In this document: positions 46,400 through 55,513 of the stretch, in pieces | How positions within the stretch are numbered: position 1 is the stretch's first letter | Layout of the letters: the number at the start of each line of letters is the position of its first letter | Source of the DNA: a virus | Taxonomy: Duplodnaviria > Caudoviricetes | Virus record (IMG/VR): IMGVR_UViG_2706796033_000001 | Location: 12,272 to 76,271 of that record | Direction: 5' to 3' (one strand) | DNA: 64,000 nucleotides | Program-made: the position numbers and the translations under genes | Notes under the pieces: generated by a model | Told to the model about the DNA's origin: nothing | Database searches by the model: none | Seen by the model: the letters and a program-made list of their open reading frames with translations, nothing else

Positions 46400-46730
46400 G
46401 TGGCCTTGGCCTAGCGACACCAAGGATGACCGGTACCGGAGGATCATTGACCACTACCGGTCAGCCCTAGCGGAGATTGACCTAGAGGCGTGCCTAGTGG
46501 TCGATAAGAAGATGGCTGAGTATGGGCAGCCGTGGGTGTCTGATAACTCGATTATCGACGTGAACGAAATGCTGAGCGCTAAGCAACTGTCTGAGCGTTT
46601 TGGCATTTCGGAGTGGGACGTGCGGAACTGGGCTAAGCGTCATCCTGACAAGATCAGGCGGCATAAGGCTGCTAACGGTCGGACGTTATTTCGCGTCGGG
46701 GACGTGCTCACTTATCACGCAACCCGCTAG
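46392..46730 (+). CDS. HTH DNA-binding protein
   Basis: WPWP..T..DR; LSAKQLSERFGIS...VRNW. Confidence 0.6.
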   Translation: MAKWPWPSDTKDDRYRRIIDHYRSALAEIDLEACLVVDKKMAEYGQPWVSDNSIIDVNEMLSAKQLSERFGISEWDVRNWAKRHPDKIRRHKAANGRTLFRVGDVLTYHATR

Positions 46731-46777
46731 GGAACTCTTGGTCATGATTTAATTAAAGAGGGGAAAGTTGTACCCAA

Positions 46778-47191
46778 ATGTGGGCTGATATTCCTATTCC
46801 AGAACTTAAGGGGTACCAGGCCAGCGACCAAGGCAAGATTCGCGGTCCTCGCAAGGAACTGTCCGAGTGGGCAGACGAGCGGGGCTGTATGCGCGTTAAA
46901 GCGGCTGGGAGGCCGTGGGCGGTACACATGCTGGTCTTGCTGACGTTCGTCGGTCCTCGGCCATCTGGGGGCGCTCCTCGGTGGCTTAATGGTGATCCCA
47001 CGGATAACCGGCTGGTGAATCTGAAATGGCACACCGAAGATGAGCCAGAAGTTCTGACGCGGGTCAATCGTTGCCGCAACGGCCACGTGTACTCACGAGA
47101 AAACACAAAGGTATGGGGTTCGGGTCACCGGGTTTGTCTGGACTGCGAGAAGGGCGTTCCTAAGGTGATTCAGCTTCCGGAAGTGATTTAG
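46778..47191 (+). CDS. NUMOD4/HNH-type protein
   Basis: W..IP...GYQASDQG.IR; VH.LV..TFVGP; NGDPTDNR..NL.W. Confidence 0.7.
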   Translation: MWADIPIPELKGYQASDQGKIRGPRKELSEWADERGCMRVKAAGRPWAVHMLVLLTFVGPRPSGGAPRWLNGDPTDNRLVNLKWHTEDEPEVLTRVNRCRNGHVYSRENTKVWGSGHRVCLDCEKGVPKVIQLPEVI

Positions 47192-47289
47192 CGCGCCCGC
47201 CTAGCCGGAAACTGGGCGGTTCTGGCTGCGCTGAGGCGGGTGTCCTGGCGAGGGGTCGGGGCACCCGCCTTTCTCTTAAAGGGGGTGCG

Positions 47290-47550
47290 GTGAGGCCATC
47301 TGACTATGCGTGGGTGGCGCTGCTTTGCGCGATTGTCGGATATGAGATTGCGGCACCACCCGGCGAGCTTCTTAGTGAAGGCTGGGACCGCTACTTGCAG
47401 AGGTTTCCGATTGGGGCGCGTGTGCTGCCGCTGGTGCTGACCTTGCATGTGATTAATGCGCTGCCTGAACGCTACGACCCGGTTCACCGGTTGTCTGTGC
47501 TGTTCGCGGCGCTTGGGGGAAAAATTGACCGATCCAAAGGAAGTGCTTGA
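47290..47550 (+). CDS. Small membrane protein
   Basis: YEI.APPGELLSE..DRY motif. Confidence 0.55.
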   Translation: MRPSDYAWVALLCAIVGYEIAAPPGELLSEGWDRYLQRFPIGARVLPLVLTLHVINALPERYDPVHRLSVLFAALGGKIDRSKGSA

Positions 47551-47932
47551 ACACCTAGAGGCCGAGAAGGCTGCTAAGGCCGTTAAGCGTGACGCTATCA
47601 ACCCGCAGCATTACAAAGATGGCTGGTCTGACGGTGCAGAGCTGATCAGCATTACTGAAAACTTGACCAGTTCGGGTGGGCAGGCTGTGCAGTACATTGC
47701 GCGCTCAACTCGACTGGATGCGAGCCGTAACAAGGGAGCCACCGCTAAGCAGTGGATTGAGGACTTGGAGAAGGCTAAGTGGTTTATCGACCGCGAGATT
47801 AAGCGACTTAAGGGGCAGAGGCCCGATCCGGCCAAGCCGATGCTCATTAACGAGTACACGGTGACGGTTCCTAGCGCGGTCGACCATATGATGACGCTGC
47901 GTGACTCGCGGCACCCTAGGGCGTTCGCGTGA
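47525..47932 (+). CDS. DUF3310-like protein
   Basis: NPQHY...YIAR...EDLEKAKWF..REI. Confidence 0.7.
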   Translation: MTDPKEVLEHLEAEKAAKAVKRDAINPQHYKDGWSDGAELISITENLTSSGGQAVQYIARSTRLDASRNKGATAKQWIEDLEKAKWFIDREIKRLKGQRPDPAKPMLINEYTVTVPSAVDHMMTLRDSRHPRAFA

Positions 47933-48711
47933 GTGCGCGCGTCCTGATCCTCGACATTGAGACGCAGCGGGCCATCGTTGAGACGTTCGGCCTGTTCAAG
48001 CAGTTCATTGGCATTGATCAGGTCCAGGTGCCTACGCGTGTGTTGTGTTGGGCGGCTAAGTGGCGCGGTGAGGATCGCGTCATGTTCAAGGCCGCTTGGG
48101 ACGATCACGACGAGGCCGCTTACCGCTCCATGATGCAAGTCATGTGGGATGCGCTGGATAGCGCCGACATTGTTGTGACGTGGAATGGTGACCGGTTCGA
48201 CCTGCAATGGCTTGAGGCTGAGTTCCTGCGCCTGGGTATGGGTCGTCCGATGCCGTATAAGTCGGTGGACTTGATTAAGACGGTGCGCCGCTGGTTTAAG
48301 GGCGGGCTGATGAGCATGAAGCTCGATTGGTCGGCCCGCATGATCCTTAAGGACCGCAAGGTTCACCACGGAGGGAGTGACCTCTGGTGGGATATTAGGC
48401 ATGGCACGCGGGCTGAGAAGCGTGCAGCTCAGAAGATTATGCGCGAGTACAACGAGCATGACGTCCGTTTGACTGGGCGGCTGTTTGAGCATCACTTGCC
48501 GTATTTGAATCTCAATCTGGCCCTGTATGAGGACACGGTTGATGACGGCGTTGAGCGTTGCGTTAAGTGCAATAGCGAGAACTTAAAGAAAGACGGCGTG
48601 AAGGCTTACGTCACTACAGCGGGCGTGTATCAGATGTACCGCTGTAAGGACTGTGGCGCGACTTCGCGCGGTAAGCGTATTCGTGGAACGACAGAATTGA
48701 GGCCGGTTTAA
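47929..48711 (+). CDS. DnaQ/RNase H-like 3'-5' exonuclease
   Basis: LDIET, TWNG.RFD, YNEHDV; C-terminal Zn ribbon. Confidence 0.85.
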   Translation: MSARVLILDIETQRAIVETFGLFKQFIGIDQVQVPTRVLCWAAKWRGEDRVMFKAAWDDHDEAAYRSMMQVMWDALDSADIVVTWNGDRFDLQWLEAEFLRLGMGRPMPYKSVDLIKTVRRWFKGGLMSMKLDWSARMILKDRKVHHGGSDLWWDIRHGTRAEKRAAQKIMREYNEHDVRLTGRLFEHHLPYLNLNLALYEDTVDDGVERCVKCNSENLKKDGVKAYVTTAGVYQMYRCKDCGATSRGKRIRGTTELRPV

Positions 48712-48894
48712 ATGAAGCCTGTTCCGCAGCCTAATAAGCTGCACCAAATGATTGTGGGCGCTCTGCTTGATAACAAGCAGGTGTATGTCCCCGCTCCTAA
48801 GGGTGTGGATGGTCCTGGTCATTGGCGGGGCACGTTGGCGAATAACGTGTCGGAGCTGAACATGGATCGCGCGGCTAAGCGGTGGCTTAAGTGA
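48712..48894 (+). CDS. Hypothetical protein
   Basis: Abuts the previous stop. Confidence 0.4.
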   Translation: MKPVPQPNKLHQMIVGALLDNKQVYVPAPKGVDGPGHWRGTLANNVSELNMDRAAKRWLK

Positions 48895-49023
48895 GTAGGG
48901 ACGCTGCGGTTCGTCGGCAGGAGTTGCGCCGGTCGAACGCAGCGGTCCCACATCGCAACCGTTACCGCGAACACAAGTCTGGAAAGGGCAAGCATGGGGA
49001 GGCCATAGCTGAGGGGGTAGCGG

Positions 49024-49446
49024 ATGCCGGGGAATTTGAGGAAGAAGGGTGGGACTGGCAAGACTGAGCGCGATTACCTTAGGGCGCGTAAGCGTGTCTT
49101 GAGGCAGTCTCAGATTTGCGCACTCCCAAGTTGCCGTCAGGCGATTGACCTCACTCTCAAGCCGATCTGCCAGTTCGTGGATACGAGCAAGTACACGGTT
49201 GAGACGGCGCACTTGATTCCTTTGGACTGTGGCCCTAATTGTCGGGAGCTTAAGCATTACCGCAAGAGCAATCCGTGGGGTCCGTCCGCTAACCACAAAA
49301 TCTCGGTGGCGTCGTTGCCGCCGGATTCACCACTGTTGGCGTCCGCTAAGAACCTCGAGCCTATGCACTTGAAGTGCAATCAGGAGCTTGGCGACGGCAA
49401 AAACGCTAAGCCTCGACATAAGGTGTCGAGAGATTGGTTCGCATAG
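49024..49446 (+). CDS. HNH endonuclease
   Basis: C...C..AID; SANH.I....NL.P.H..CN. Confidence 0.65.
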   Translation: MPGNLRKKGGTGKTERDYLRARKRVLRQSQICALPSCRQAIDLTLKPICQFVDTSKYTVETAHLIPLDCGPNCRELKHYRKSNPWGPSANHKISVASLPPDSPLLASAKNLEPMHLKCNQELGDGKNAKPRHKVSRDWFA

Positions 49447-49664
49447 TGTCGGATATTTCAGCGCCCGACGACCAGGGCAACATCATGGTCGGTGAGCTTC
49501 GCATCGTTCAGTACATAGACGGTGACGGCACCCTTAACACGATTGACTTGTCTCAGGGGCCGGGCGGCGCTGAGCTTGAGGAGCACGCGTATTCGCAGTT
49601 GCTCGATTGGGGGCACGCGTTCGCGTTGGCTCCGAAGGTTGCGGCGATCCTCGCTAATGAGTGA
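49434..49664 (+). CDS. Hypothetical protein
   Basis: Coupled ORF. Confidence 0.45.
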   Translation: MVRIVSDISAPDDQGNIMVGELRIVQYIDGDGTLNTIDLSQGPGGAELEEHAYSQLLDWGHAFALAPKVAAILANE

Positions 49665-49865
49665 GGTTTACACGTCGGAGGTTTTCGCGCGCTGTTTGGA
49701 GTGTGACGATTCGATCCGGCAGGGCGATGAGATTACTGAGTATGCGGGGGAGCTGTTTCATGCCGAGTGCGTCTAAGGTCAAGCGGCCTTGCGTGGAGTG
49801 TGGCAAGGAAGTTCCTACAGAGCGTTTCCATAAGATTTACGGACGTGGTTGGGGGAGGCTATTTC

Positions 49866-50183
49866 ATGTCGAGTGCGCGCCAGATCAAATACAACCCCTG
49901 GGGACCGCTACCTGATCTGAATGAGTGTGAGCGTGCGCTTGCGTTCTCTGGGTGGGCGTATGAGGGCGGTTACGACACGGCTGAGGCGATCTACCGGCAG
50001 AAGTTCGGTGATCTGCCGTGCTTCGCTATGGAGCCGGATGGCGGCACCTTGGCGGCGATGACGTTCCTTAAGCGGGCAATCGCGCTGATCGGTGAGGGGA
50101 AGCGGATTCGTTACCCGACCGGTGGTGACGGGCACCCGATCATTTCCGCGCTTGTGGAGGTTCCGAGTGGAGTTCAAAGCTAG
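49866..50183 (+). CDS. Hypothetical protein
   Basis: GGAGG RBS. Confidence 0.5.
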   Translation: MSSARQIKYNPWGPLPDLNECERALAFSGWAYEGGYDTAEAIYRQKFGDLPCFAMEPDGGTLAAMTFLKRAIALIGEGKRIRYPTGGDGHPIISALVEVPSGVQS

Positions 50184-50344
50184 GTGCTGCGCACCAGGAC
50201 ATGACTTGTGCGATCCGTGCTGTGTGTGTGGTGAGCCGGAGGGTATTAATGACCGGCCTGATCTTGCGCCGCCGTCGAATCCAGTTCCGTCGCGTGTGAA
50301 GCGGAAGATTCTTAATCCTTGGCCGCAGGAGAAACGCGGCTAAC

Positions 50345-50415
50345 GCTGGATTAGCTTAGTGGTCAAGCGCTGCCTTCGTAACGCAGATTCACCGGTTCGA
50401 TTCCGGTATCCAGCT
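50345..50415 (+). tRNA. tRNA-Thr(CGT)
   Basis: GCTGGAT/ATCCAGC acceptor, TTCGTAA loop, GGTTCGATTCC. Confidence 0.8.
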
Positions 50416-50602
50416 CGCAGGAAATACAACTGAATATGGGAGTAGTTATGACTGAAAAAGACCCGATCAAGGTAGCTAAGGACAAGCTTGACGTTGTGCA
50501 GGAACTTCGGGACCGCACTGCGTGGCCTAAGGCTGAGGTGCCTGAGCAGGCTAAGAAGCCCGCGAAGGTCGGTAACGCTTAGTTCGTCCCCTTCGGGGGT
50601 TT

Positions 50603-50676
50603 CTGCTTGTAGCTCAGCTTGGTAGAGCGCCCGCTTTGGGAGCGGGAGGTCGCAGGTTCAAATCCTGCTTGGCAGA
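50603..50676 (+). tRNA. tRNA-Pro(TGG)
   Basis: TAGCTCAGCTTGGTAGAGC, CCCGC-TTTGGGA-GCGGG, GGTTCAAATCC. Confidence 0.85.
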
Positions 50677-50840
50677 CGTTAGGGATTACCCCGCCTCACG
50701 GCGTGTGGCCCCTCGGTTACTGCCACCGACTGAACGGCAGCGTTGCAGATCGTATAACTGTCGTCCTGGCTGGGGTTGCGTAACACTGACCTATACCAGC
50801 TCGCTCTATGGTTCCAGGGCGTTAGGCAAAAGGGCCACAT

Positions 50841-50916
50841 AGCTCGGTAGCTCAATTGGTAGAGCAGCGGTCTCCAAAGCCGCCGGTTCCCCGTTCAAGT
50901 CGGGGCCGGGTTGCCA
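50841..50916 (+). tRNA. tRNA-Trp(CCA)
   Basis: CTCCAAA loop, GTTCAAGTC, encoded CCA. Confidence 0.9.
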
Positions 50917-51255
50917 ATGAAGTACAGGCGGTGTACTATTCTCGACATGAGATACGCCGAAGTTGAGTACCGAATCGCAGACCTGTACCGCCTACATAGG
51001 TATGACGCGTTCGCCAACCCCGATAAGGTCGGGCTTGGTCGGTGCGGCTGCGGTGAGGACATGTACTACGCCGGGCATGATCTGCATTTCGGTCGTGCGG
51101 TGGCGGCGGCGCTCAAGCTGGGTGATGAATGCCGTGCCTGCAAGGCTGAGATTTATTACCACGACGACGTTAAGCAGTGGTTCCATCGCGCCGATGTTGG
51201 CGAGCGGCCTACGTGCCGGTTTGGGGATGGCCCAGTGACGGAGCTGGTCGAATGA
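50911..51255 (+). CDS. Hypothetical Cys/His-rich protein (true start probably downstream of the tRNA)
   Basis: ORF between tRNAs. Confidence 0.4.
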   Translation: MPMKYRRCTILDMRYAEVEYRIADLYRLHRYDAFANPDKVGLGRCGCGEDMYYAGHDLHFGRAVAAALKLGDECRACKAEIYYHDDVKQWFHRADVGERPTCRFGDGPVTELVE

Positions 51256-51488
51256 GACGAGGCGACGTAAGGCGAAATTATCGGCACAGGAGGGAACACA
51301 TGAAGCGGAGTGAGCATTATGCCGAAGCGGTGCGCTTATTGGATGAGGCGAACCACGTCGGGCACACCGATGAGCTGCGCGGACTCGGGATGATGATGGC
51401 GGCGAACGCTCACGCCACACTGGCCTCGATAGAGGACTTGGCGCGCCTACAGGAGGCGGCAAACAGATTGACGTAATCGAGCAATATC

Positions 51489-51562
51489 GGCCCTCTAGCC
51501 CAATTGGTAGAGGCACAGGTTTTAGGTACCTGTCAGTGCGAGTTCGAGTCTCGCGGGGGCCA
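51489..51562 (+). tRNA. tRNA-Leu(TAG), short variable arm
   Basis: CAGGT-TTTAGGT-ACCTG, GAGTTCGAGTCTC. Confidence 0.8.
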
Positions 51563-51637
51563 CGCTTAGTAGCCTAGTGGTAAGGCAGCCGGTTGTGATC
51601 CGGTGAACCTGAGTTCGATTCTCAGCTAAAGCCACCA
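51563..51637 (+). tRNA. tRNA-His(GTG)
   Basis: GCCGG-TTGTGAT-CCGGT, GAGTTCGATTCTC, ends in CCA. Confidence 0.8.
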
Positions 51638-51711
51638 TGACCGGTAGCACAACTGGTAGTTGCGCCGCGCTCTGGACGCGGAGGTTGTTGGTTCGATCCC
51701 AGCTCGGTCAG
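51638..51711 (+). tRNA. tRNA-Gln(CTG)
   Basis: CCGCG-CTCTGGA-CGCGG, GGTTCGATCCC. Confidence 0.8.
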
Positions 51712-51782
51712 CTAGGGCAGCTCTAGCGCTAGGGCTGTCGCATTCGTCTGCTGGTGCGACGTTAAATAATAGCCAGCTCTAA

Positions 51783-51856
51783 GTGTTAGTAACCCATGTT
51801 GGCTGGGTGCCACTCTTCCAAAGTGGATTTCGCGGGTTCGATTCCTGTCTAGCACA
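51783..51856 (+). tRNA. tRNA-Gly(TCC)
   Basis: CCACT-CTTCCAA-AGTGG, GGTTCGATTCC. Confidence 0.8.
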
Positions 51857-51891
51857 CACCCACCCTGTTCTCTTGTTAGGCAGGGTCTTTA

Positions 51892-51967
51892 GCCTCGTTA
51901 GCTCAGTTGGTAGAGCTGCCGACTCTTAATCGGTAGGTCACAGGTTCAAGTCCTGTACGGGGTACCA
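51892..51967 (+). tRNA. tRNA-Lys(CTT)
   Basis: Canonical cloverleaf, CTCTTAA loop, CCA. Confidence 0.95.
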
Positions 51968-51968
51968 C

Positions 51969-52056
51969 GGAGAGTAAAGCAGCGGGGAGTCCCGCGACCA
52001 GCCTTGAAAGCTGGGAAGCCGTAATGGAGCTTGGGGATCAAGACCTCTGCTCTCCA
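51969..52056 (+). tRNA. tRNA-Ser(TGA), atypical T loop
   Basis: GGAGAG/CTCTCC acceptor, CCAGC-CTTGAAA-GCTGG, long variable arm, T loop ATCAAGA. Confidence 0.65.
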
Positions 52057-52098
52057 CTTTGAGAAACGTACTCATGCTGACTTACTTGGGGGTGGTGG

Positions 52099-52803
52099 GT
52101 GTCTGAGGTTAAGAGCATCTACGGCACCCGGTCGTCTAAGTTCTGGACGGAAGCGCCGGGCAAGATGGACATGTCCAATTTCCGGATGATTTTCCCGTCG
52201 TCTAACGAGTTCGGGTTTCCTGATCTTGCGTGTGAGACGTGGGTACCGGGTGATCTTGGGGCGTGGCATTTGCCGCGTCAACGTGAGCGTGCAGCCAAGA
52301 GTGACGGTGCTGTGCATTTCTTCATTGATGACTACCGTTTCGAGACGGCGTTTACTAGCCCAGAGCGCACGCTGCCGCGTGTTCAGGCCGTGGGTGGGGC
52401 GTTGACCCCTGATTTCAGTTGGTGGCGCTCTGTGCCGCGTGTAGCCCAGATGTGGCAGACGTATCGGTCTCGGTGGTGTGGCGCGTTCTGGCAGGCGAAT
52501 GGTGTGCGGGTGGTTCCGACGTTGAATTGGGGCGGGCCGGAGTCGTTCGACTTCTGCTTTAAGGGCATTCCGCAGGGGAATGTGGTGGCGATTTCTGCGC
52601 TTGGTGTTCGCGCTAAGGATGAGGCTGAGCCGTTCAGGCTTGGGTTCAGTGAGATGCTGGCCCAGCTCGCTCCGTCGACTGTGGTGTCTTACGGCAAGCT
52701 CCGGTTTGTTGACGACCTGGTTGACGGTGTTCCGGTTCGGGAGTATCCGACGTTTTGGGATGAGCGTCGGACTGTGGTCGGTAGGCGGCGGCGCAGTGGG
52801 TAA
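52099..52803 (+). CDS. DUF4417-like protein
   Basis: VHFFIDDYRFE, LTPDFS, YRSRW.GA.WQ.NG..V.PT..WG...SFDFCF.GIP. Confidence 0.8.
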   Translation: MSEVKSIYGTRSSKFWTEAPGKMDMSNFRMIFPSSNEFGFPDLACETWVPGDLGAWHLPRQRERAAKSDGAVHFFIDDYRFETAFTSPERTLPRVQAVGGALTPDFSWWRSVPRVAQMWQTYRSRWCGAFWQANGVRVVPTLNWGGPESFDFCFKGIPQGNVVAISALGVRAKDEAEPFRLGFSEMLAQLAPSTVVSYGKLRFVDDLVDGVPVREYPTFWDERRTVVGRRRRSG

Positions 52804-53146
52804 GCGTGGCGGTTCGGCGGGCGTTGGTGGTACGTCGCCTCGGTTGGTGACGCTGTATCACAGGACTTCCGCTAGTGCGGCGCGTGACATTGTGGATCGT
52901 GGGTTTCAGCCTCAGTATCGGCCTGGCGTGGATAAGTCTTATCGGGATGAGAACTCGCAGTATGGGTTTTTTACTAAGTCGGTTAAGGGCCAGGAGGGTT
53001 ACGGCCAGAGTGTTGTGGCTGTGCAGGTTCCGAAGTCGGCTGTTGAGCATGATCCGTGGTCGGGTCATGCTCGGGTGAAGGTTGAGGAGCTTAGAAAAGC
53101 AAACTTCCGGCACTATGAGGGTAAGCGCCGGAAGAAGCGATCTTAA
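52796..53146 (+). CDS. MGKRGG-start protein with ADP-ribosyltransferase-like LYH.T motif
   Basis: GTG overlapping the DUF4417 stop; TLYHRTS..AARDI...GF...GFFT...YG..VV.V. Confidence 0.55.
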   Translation: MGKRGGSAGVGGTSPRLVTLYHRTSASAARDIVDRGFQPQYRPGVDKSYRDENSQYGFFTKSVKGQEGYGQSVVAVQVPKSAVEHDPWSGHARVKVEELRKANFRHYEGKRRKKRS

Positions 53147-53151
53147 GTTGT

Positions 53152-53226
53152 GCCGTCATGGCTGAGTGGTTAGGCGTCGGACTGCAAATCCGGCTTATCC
53201 CAGTTCGATTCTGGGTGGCGGCTCCA
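53152..53226 (+). tRNA. tRNA-Cys(GCA)
   Basis: CGGA-CTGCAAA-TCCG, GTTCGATTC, CCA. Confidence 0.9.
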
Positions 53227-53586
53227 TTCGCAGGTATGCCCTACGGGTAGCTCTACGTAGTTGCGTAGGCACTTAGGGCATATCGCAAGGCTCCATGAGC
53301 TAGTGGCCATCGTCCCAGTCGTTCGGCTTGATGATGCCCTTACGCATGAGCCAGCCCTTGAGTTTGAAGTAGGCACCTACGGGCCACAGGAAACGGCCCA
53401 GACCGGCCCAGCCGGGTTCGATATCGTCGTGGTTGCTGCTCATTCTTCTTCCATCCAGACAACCGAGTCGGGCAGGATGCCCTGTAGGTTTTTGACGAGA
53501 CTGCTTGCCTTAGCGTGGTTAAGTCCGTCGAGGACGAACCGGTCGTCGTCTATGGCGTCTTTCATCCAGACTGCCCACATGTTTAT

Positions 53587-53659
53587 TCCTCCGTAGCTCA
53601 ATTGGCAGAGCGCGCGACTGTTAATCGCGTGGTTGGTGGTTCGAGTCCACCCGTTGGAG
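53587..53659 (+). tRNA. tRNA-Asn(GTT)
   Basis: CGCGA-CTGTTAA-TCGCG, GGTTCGAGTCC. Confidence 0.9.
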
Positions 53660-53661
53660 CT

Positions 53662-53853
53662 TTATTGGCGTTTAATCGTCACGCTGGCTGTGTGGCCGTG
53701 TTTCTCGATTTCGTGCTGTACCGCTTCGGCGGCTAGTTCACGTATGAAGGTCTTAGCGGTGAGTGGGCCGACGAGCTTAAAGTCCTCTATCCACTTGTCT
53801 AGGTCCATTGTGCAGACGAGGGTGATGAGGAATTGGCCTTTAGGGCGTTGCAT
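53662..53853 (-). CDS. Hypothetical protein
   Basis: Short leftward ORF directly downstream of tRNA-Lys(TTT). Confidence 0.4.
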   Translation of the reverse strand: MQRPKGQFLITLVCTMDLDKWIEDFKLVGPLTAKTFIRELAAEAVQHEIEKHGHTASVTIKRQ

Positions 53854-53856
53854 GGG

Positions 53857-53929
53857 TGCCCCCACAAGGGATCGAACCTTGGACCCGATGATTAAAAGTC
53901 ACCTGCTCTACCAACTGAGCTATAGGGGC
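53857..53929 (-). tRNA. tRNA-Lys(TTT), leftward
   Basis: GCCCCTATAGCTCAGTTGGTAGAGC...CTTTTAA...GGTTCGATCC...GGGGGCA; TACACT -10 at 53939-53944. Confidence 0.9.
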
Positions 53930-53954
53930 GCGGGCGATAGTGTAGCAGCCCACC

Positions 53955-54671
53955 CTAGACCGCCTTAAGGGTCATGCCCTGCACGTTCTCCGGCAGCACG
54001 ACAATCTCGTCCTCGTTGCGGCCACTGAAATATGCGATCACGTCGCTGTGGTCGACGGTGCCGGTCGCCACAGTTGCGCCAGTCTGGCTGAAGCGGGTAG
54101 CGAACCAGCGCGCCTTGGCGATGTTCAGGGTCCATGACAGCCCCTCAGCGTCCCCGTCGTCGTTGAAGCCCCGGTAGACCTCGAATGAGCTGGGCAGGCC
54201 GCACAGGGTGTTGTGGTCGCTGTTGGACATGAGAGTTTCGCGGTCCGCGACCCGCTTGGGGTCCGTTAGCCGCCGACGCCAAGCGCCACGGTTCTCCCAG
54301 ATGTTCTCCGAGTCGGTCCAGATCAATCCGAGCAGCGGCCAGTAGGCATCGTTGTTGGTGAGGCGGTCCCTGATGATTGAGAACGCGTCGAGCCGGTAAG
54401 GACGTTCGTGGAGGAACACGTAGCTTGTCCAGTTGCCGTCGCTGAGCGCCTTGCTGAGCGCTTCCCGTTTGGCTGCGTAGCAGGCGTTAGCGCGGGCGTT
54501 CTCACGTTCGGTGTGCAGCATGTTGAACACCAGGGGGTGCTTGAGCATGGGCACGCCGAGCGGGCCTTCGTTGTGGAGGTATTCGGCGAGGTCGGGGTGC
54601 AGCGGTTCAACGGGCGCGTTCAGGAGTTCGAGAATGTCGTTGATCTGCTGTTCTTTGGTGTCGTTGCTCAT
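53955..54671 (-). CDS. Hypothetical protein with ART-like R-S-ExE motifs
   Basis: VYRG, GLSWT...A.WFA, RNEDEIVV. Confidence 0.6.
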   Translation of the reverse strand: MSNDTKEQQINDILELLNAPVEPLHPDLAEYLHNEGPLGVPMLKHPLVFNMLHTERENARANACYAAKREALSKALSDGNWTSYVFLHERPYRLDAFSIIRDRLTNNDAYWPLLGLIWTDSENIWENRGAWRRRLTDPKRVADRETLMSNSDHNTLCGLPSSFEVYRGFNDDGDAEGLSWTLNIAKARWFATRFSQTGATVATGTVDHSDVIAYFSGRNEDEIVVLPENVQGMTLKAV

Positions 54672-54703
54672 GTCAGTCAGAGTACAGGCAATGTACTAGG
54701 CCG

Positions 54704-55234
54704 TCAAGCGTCGACTTTGAACTTTTCCTTAAGAGCGCTTAGCTCCGCTTCTAACTCAGCTACGCGCGCCTCAGCCTTTTCGCGCAGTGCGTGCGGGGTC
54801 CGATCCTTAGCCTTAGCGACGTAGAACACCCACTCTTGGTTGGTGTCCTTTTCGCGCAGCCGAGATTCCAGATAGTTGATATCTGCCGGGTATTGGGCGT
54901 GCCAAACCTTGGCGATGGCTACGAACTGGTCGGCCAGCCATTGGGGGAGACCTAAGCTGAACGCATTGGGGTCCAGCTCGTTAACGAACGCCTCAGTCTC
55001 AGCGGTCAGGTGGGCTTTGACCTTGGCGTACTTCTCAGCCTTCTTAGCGCTCTTGTGCCGATCCTCCGGCGGAATGCTGAGGACTAGCCGGTTCTCGGAG
55101 CGCCAGCCTTTATCGTTGCCGTCGTCCTTAATGACGGCGTTAGGCCAGGTGAGGCCGATAACGTTTATGAGCGTGCCGGTAATGTCGATAGGTAGGGGCA
55201 GCTCAATACGAATGTCCACATTTTCGTCAGTCAT
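54704..55234 (-). CDS. Hypothetical protein
   Basis: AAGGA RBS, 176 aa. Confidence 0.55.
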   Translation of the reverse strand: MTDENVDIRIELPLPIDITGTLINVIGLTWPNAVIKDDGNDKGWRSENRLVLSIPPEDRHKSAKKAEKYAKVKAHLTAETEAFVNELDPNAFSLGLPQWLADQFVAIAKVWHAQYPADINYLESRLREKDTNQEWVFYVAKAKDRTPHALREKAEARVAELEAELSALKEKFKVDA

Positions 55235-55342
55235 CAGGCAAGTCCTTAAAGCATGGGAAACAGTAGGTTAGGTAGTCCTCTTCGGAGGGCGACAGGTCTA
55301 TCTCAATGCCGCACACATCGCATTTGGTGCCAAAGTTCGCCA

Positions 55343-55513
55343 TTAGGGCCGCGCCTCGTTCAAATCCCACGGTGCGCGAGACAACCAACGTTTACCGCAG
55401 TCGCACGTCACCACTACGCCATGCTTACGTGACTTCTGCGCGGGCCACTCCACCCATGTGGGTCCGTGGTTAAGCGCAAGCTCATGCCACAAGCGTTGGA
55501 TAACGCTAATCAT
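55343..55513 (-). CDS. Hypothetical protein
   Basis: Coupled ORF, CDCG. Confidence 0.4.
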   Translation of the reverse strand: MISVIQRLWHELALNHGPTWVEWPAQKSRKHGVVVTCDCGKRWLSRAPWDLNEARP

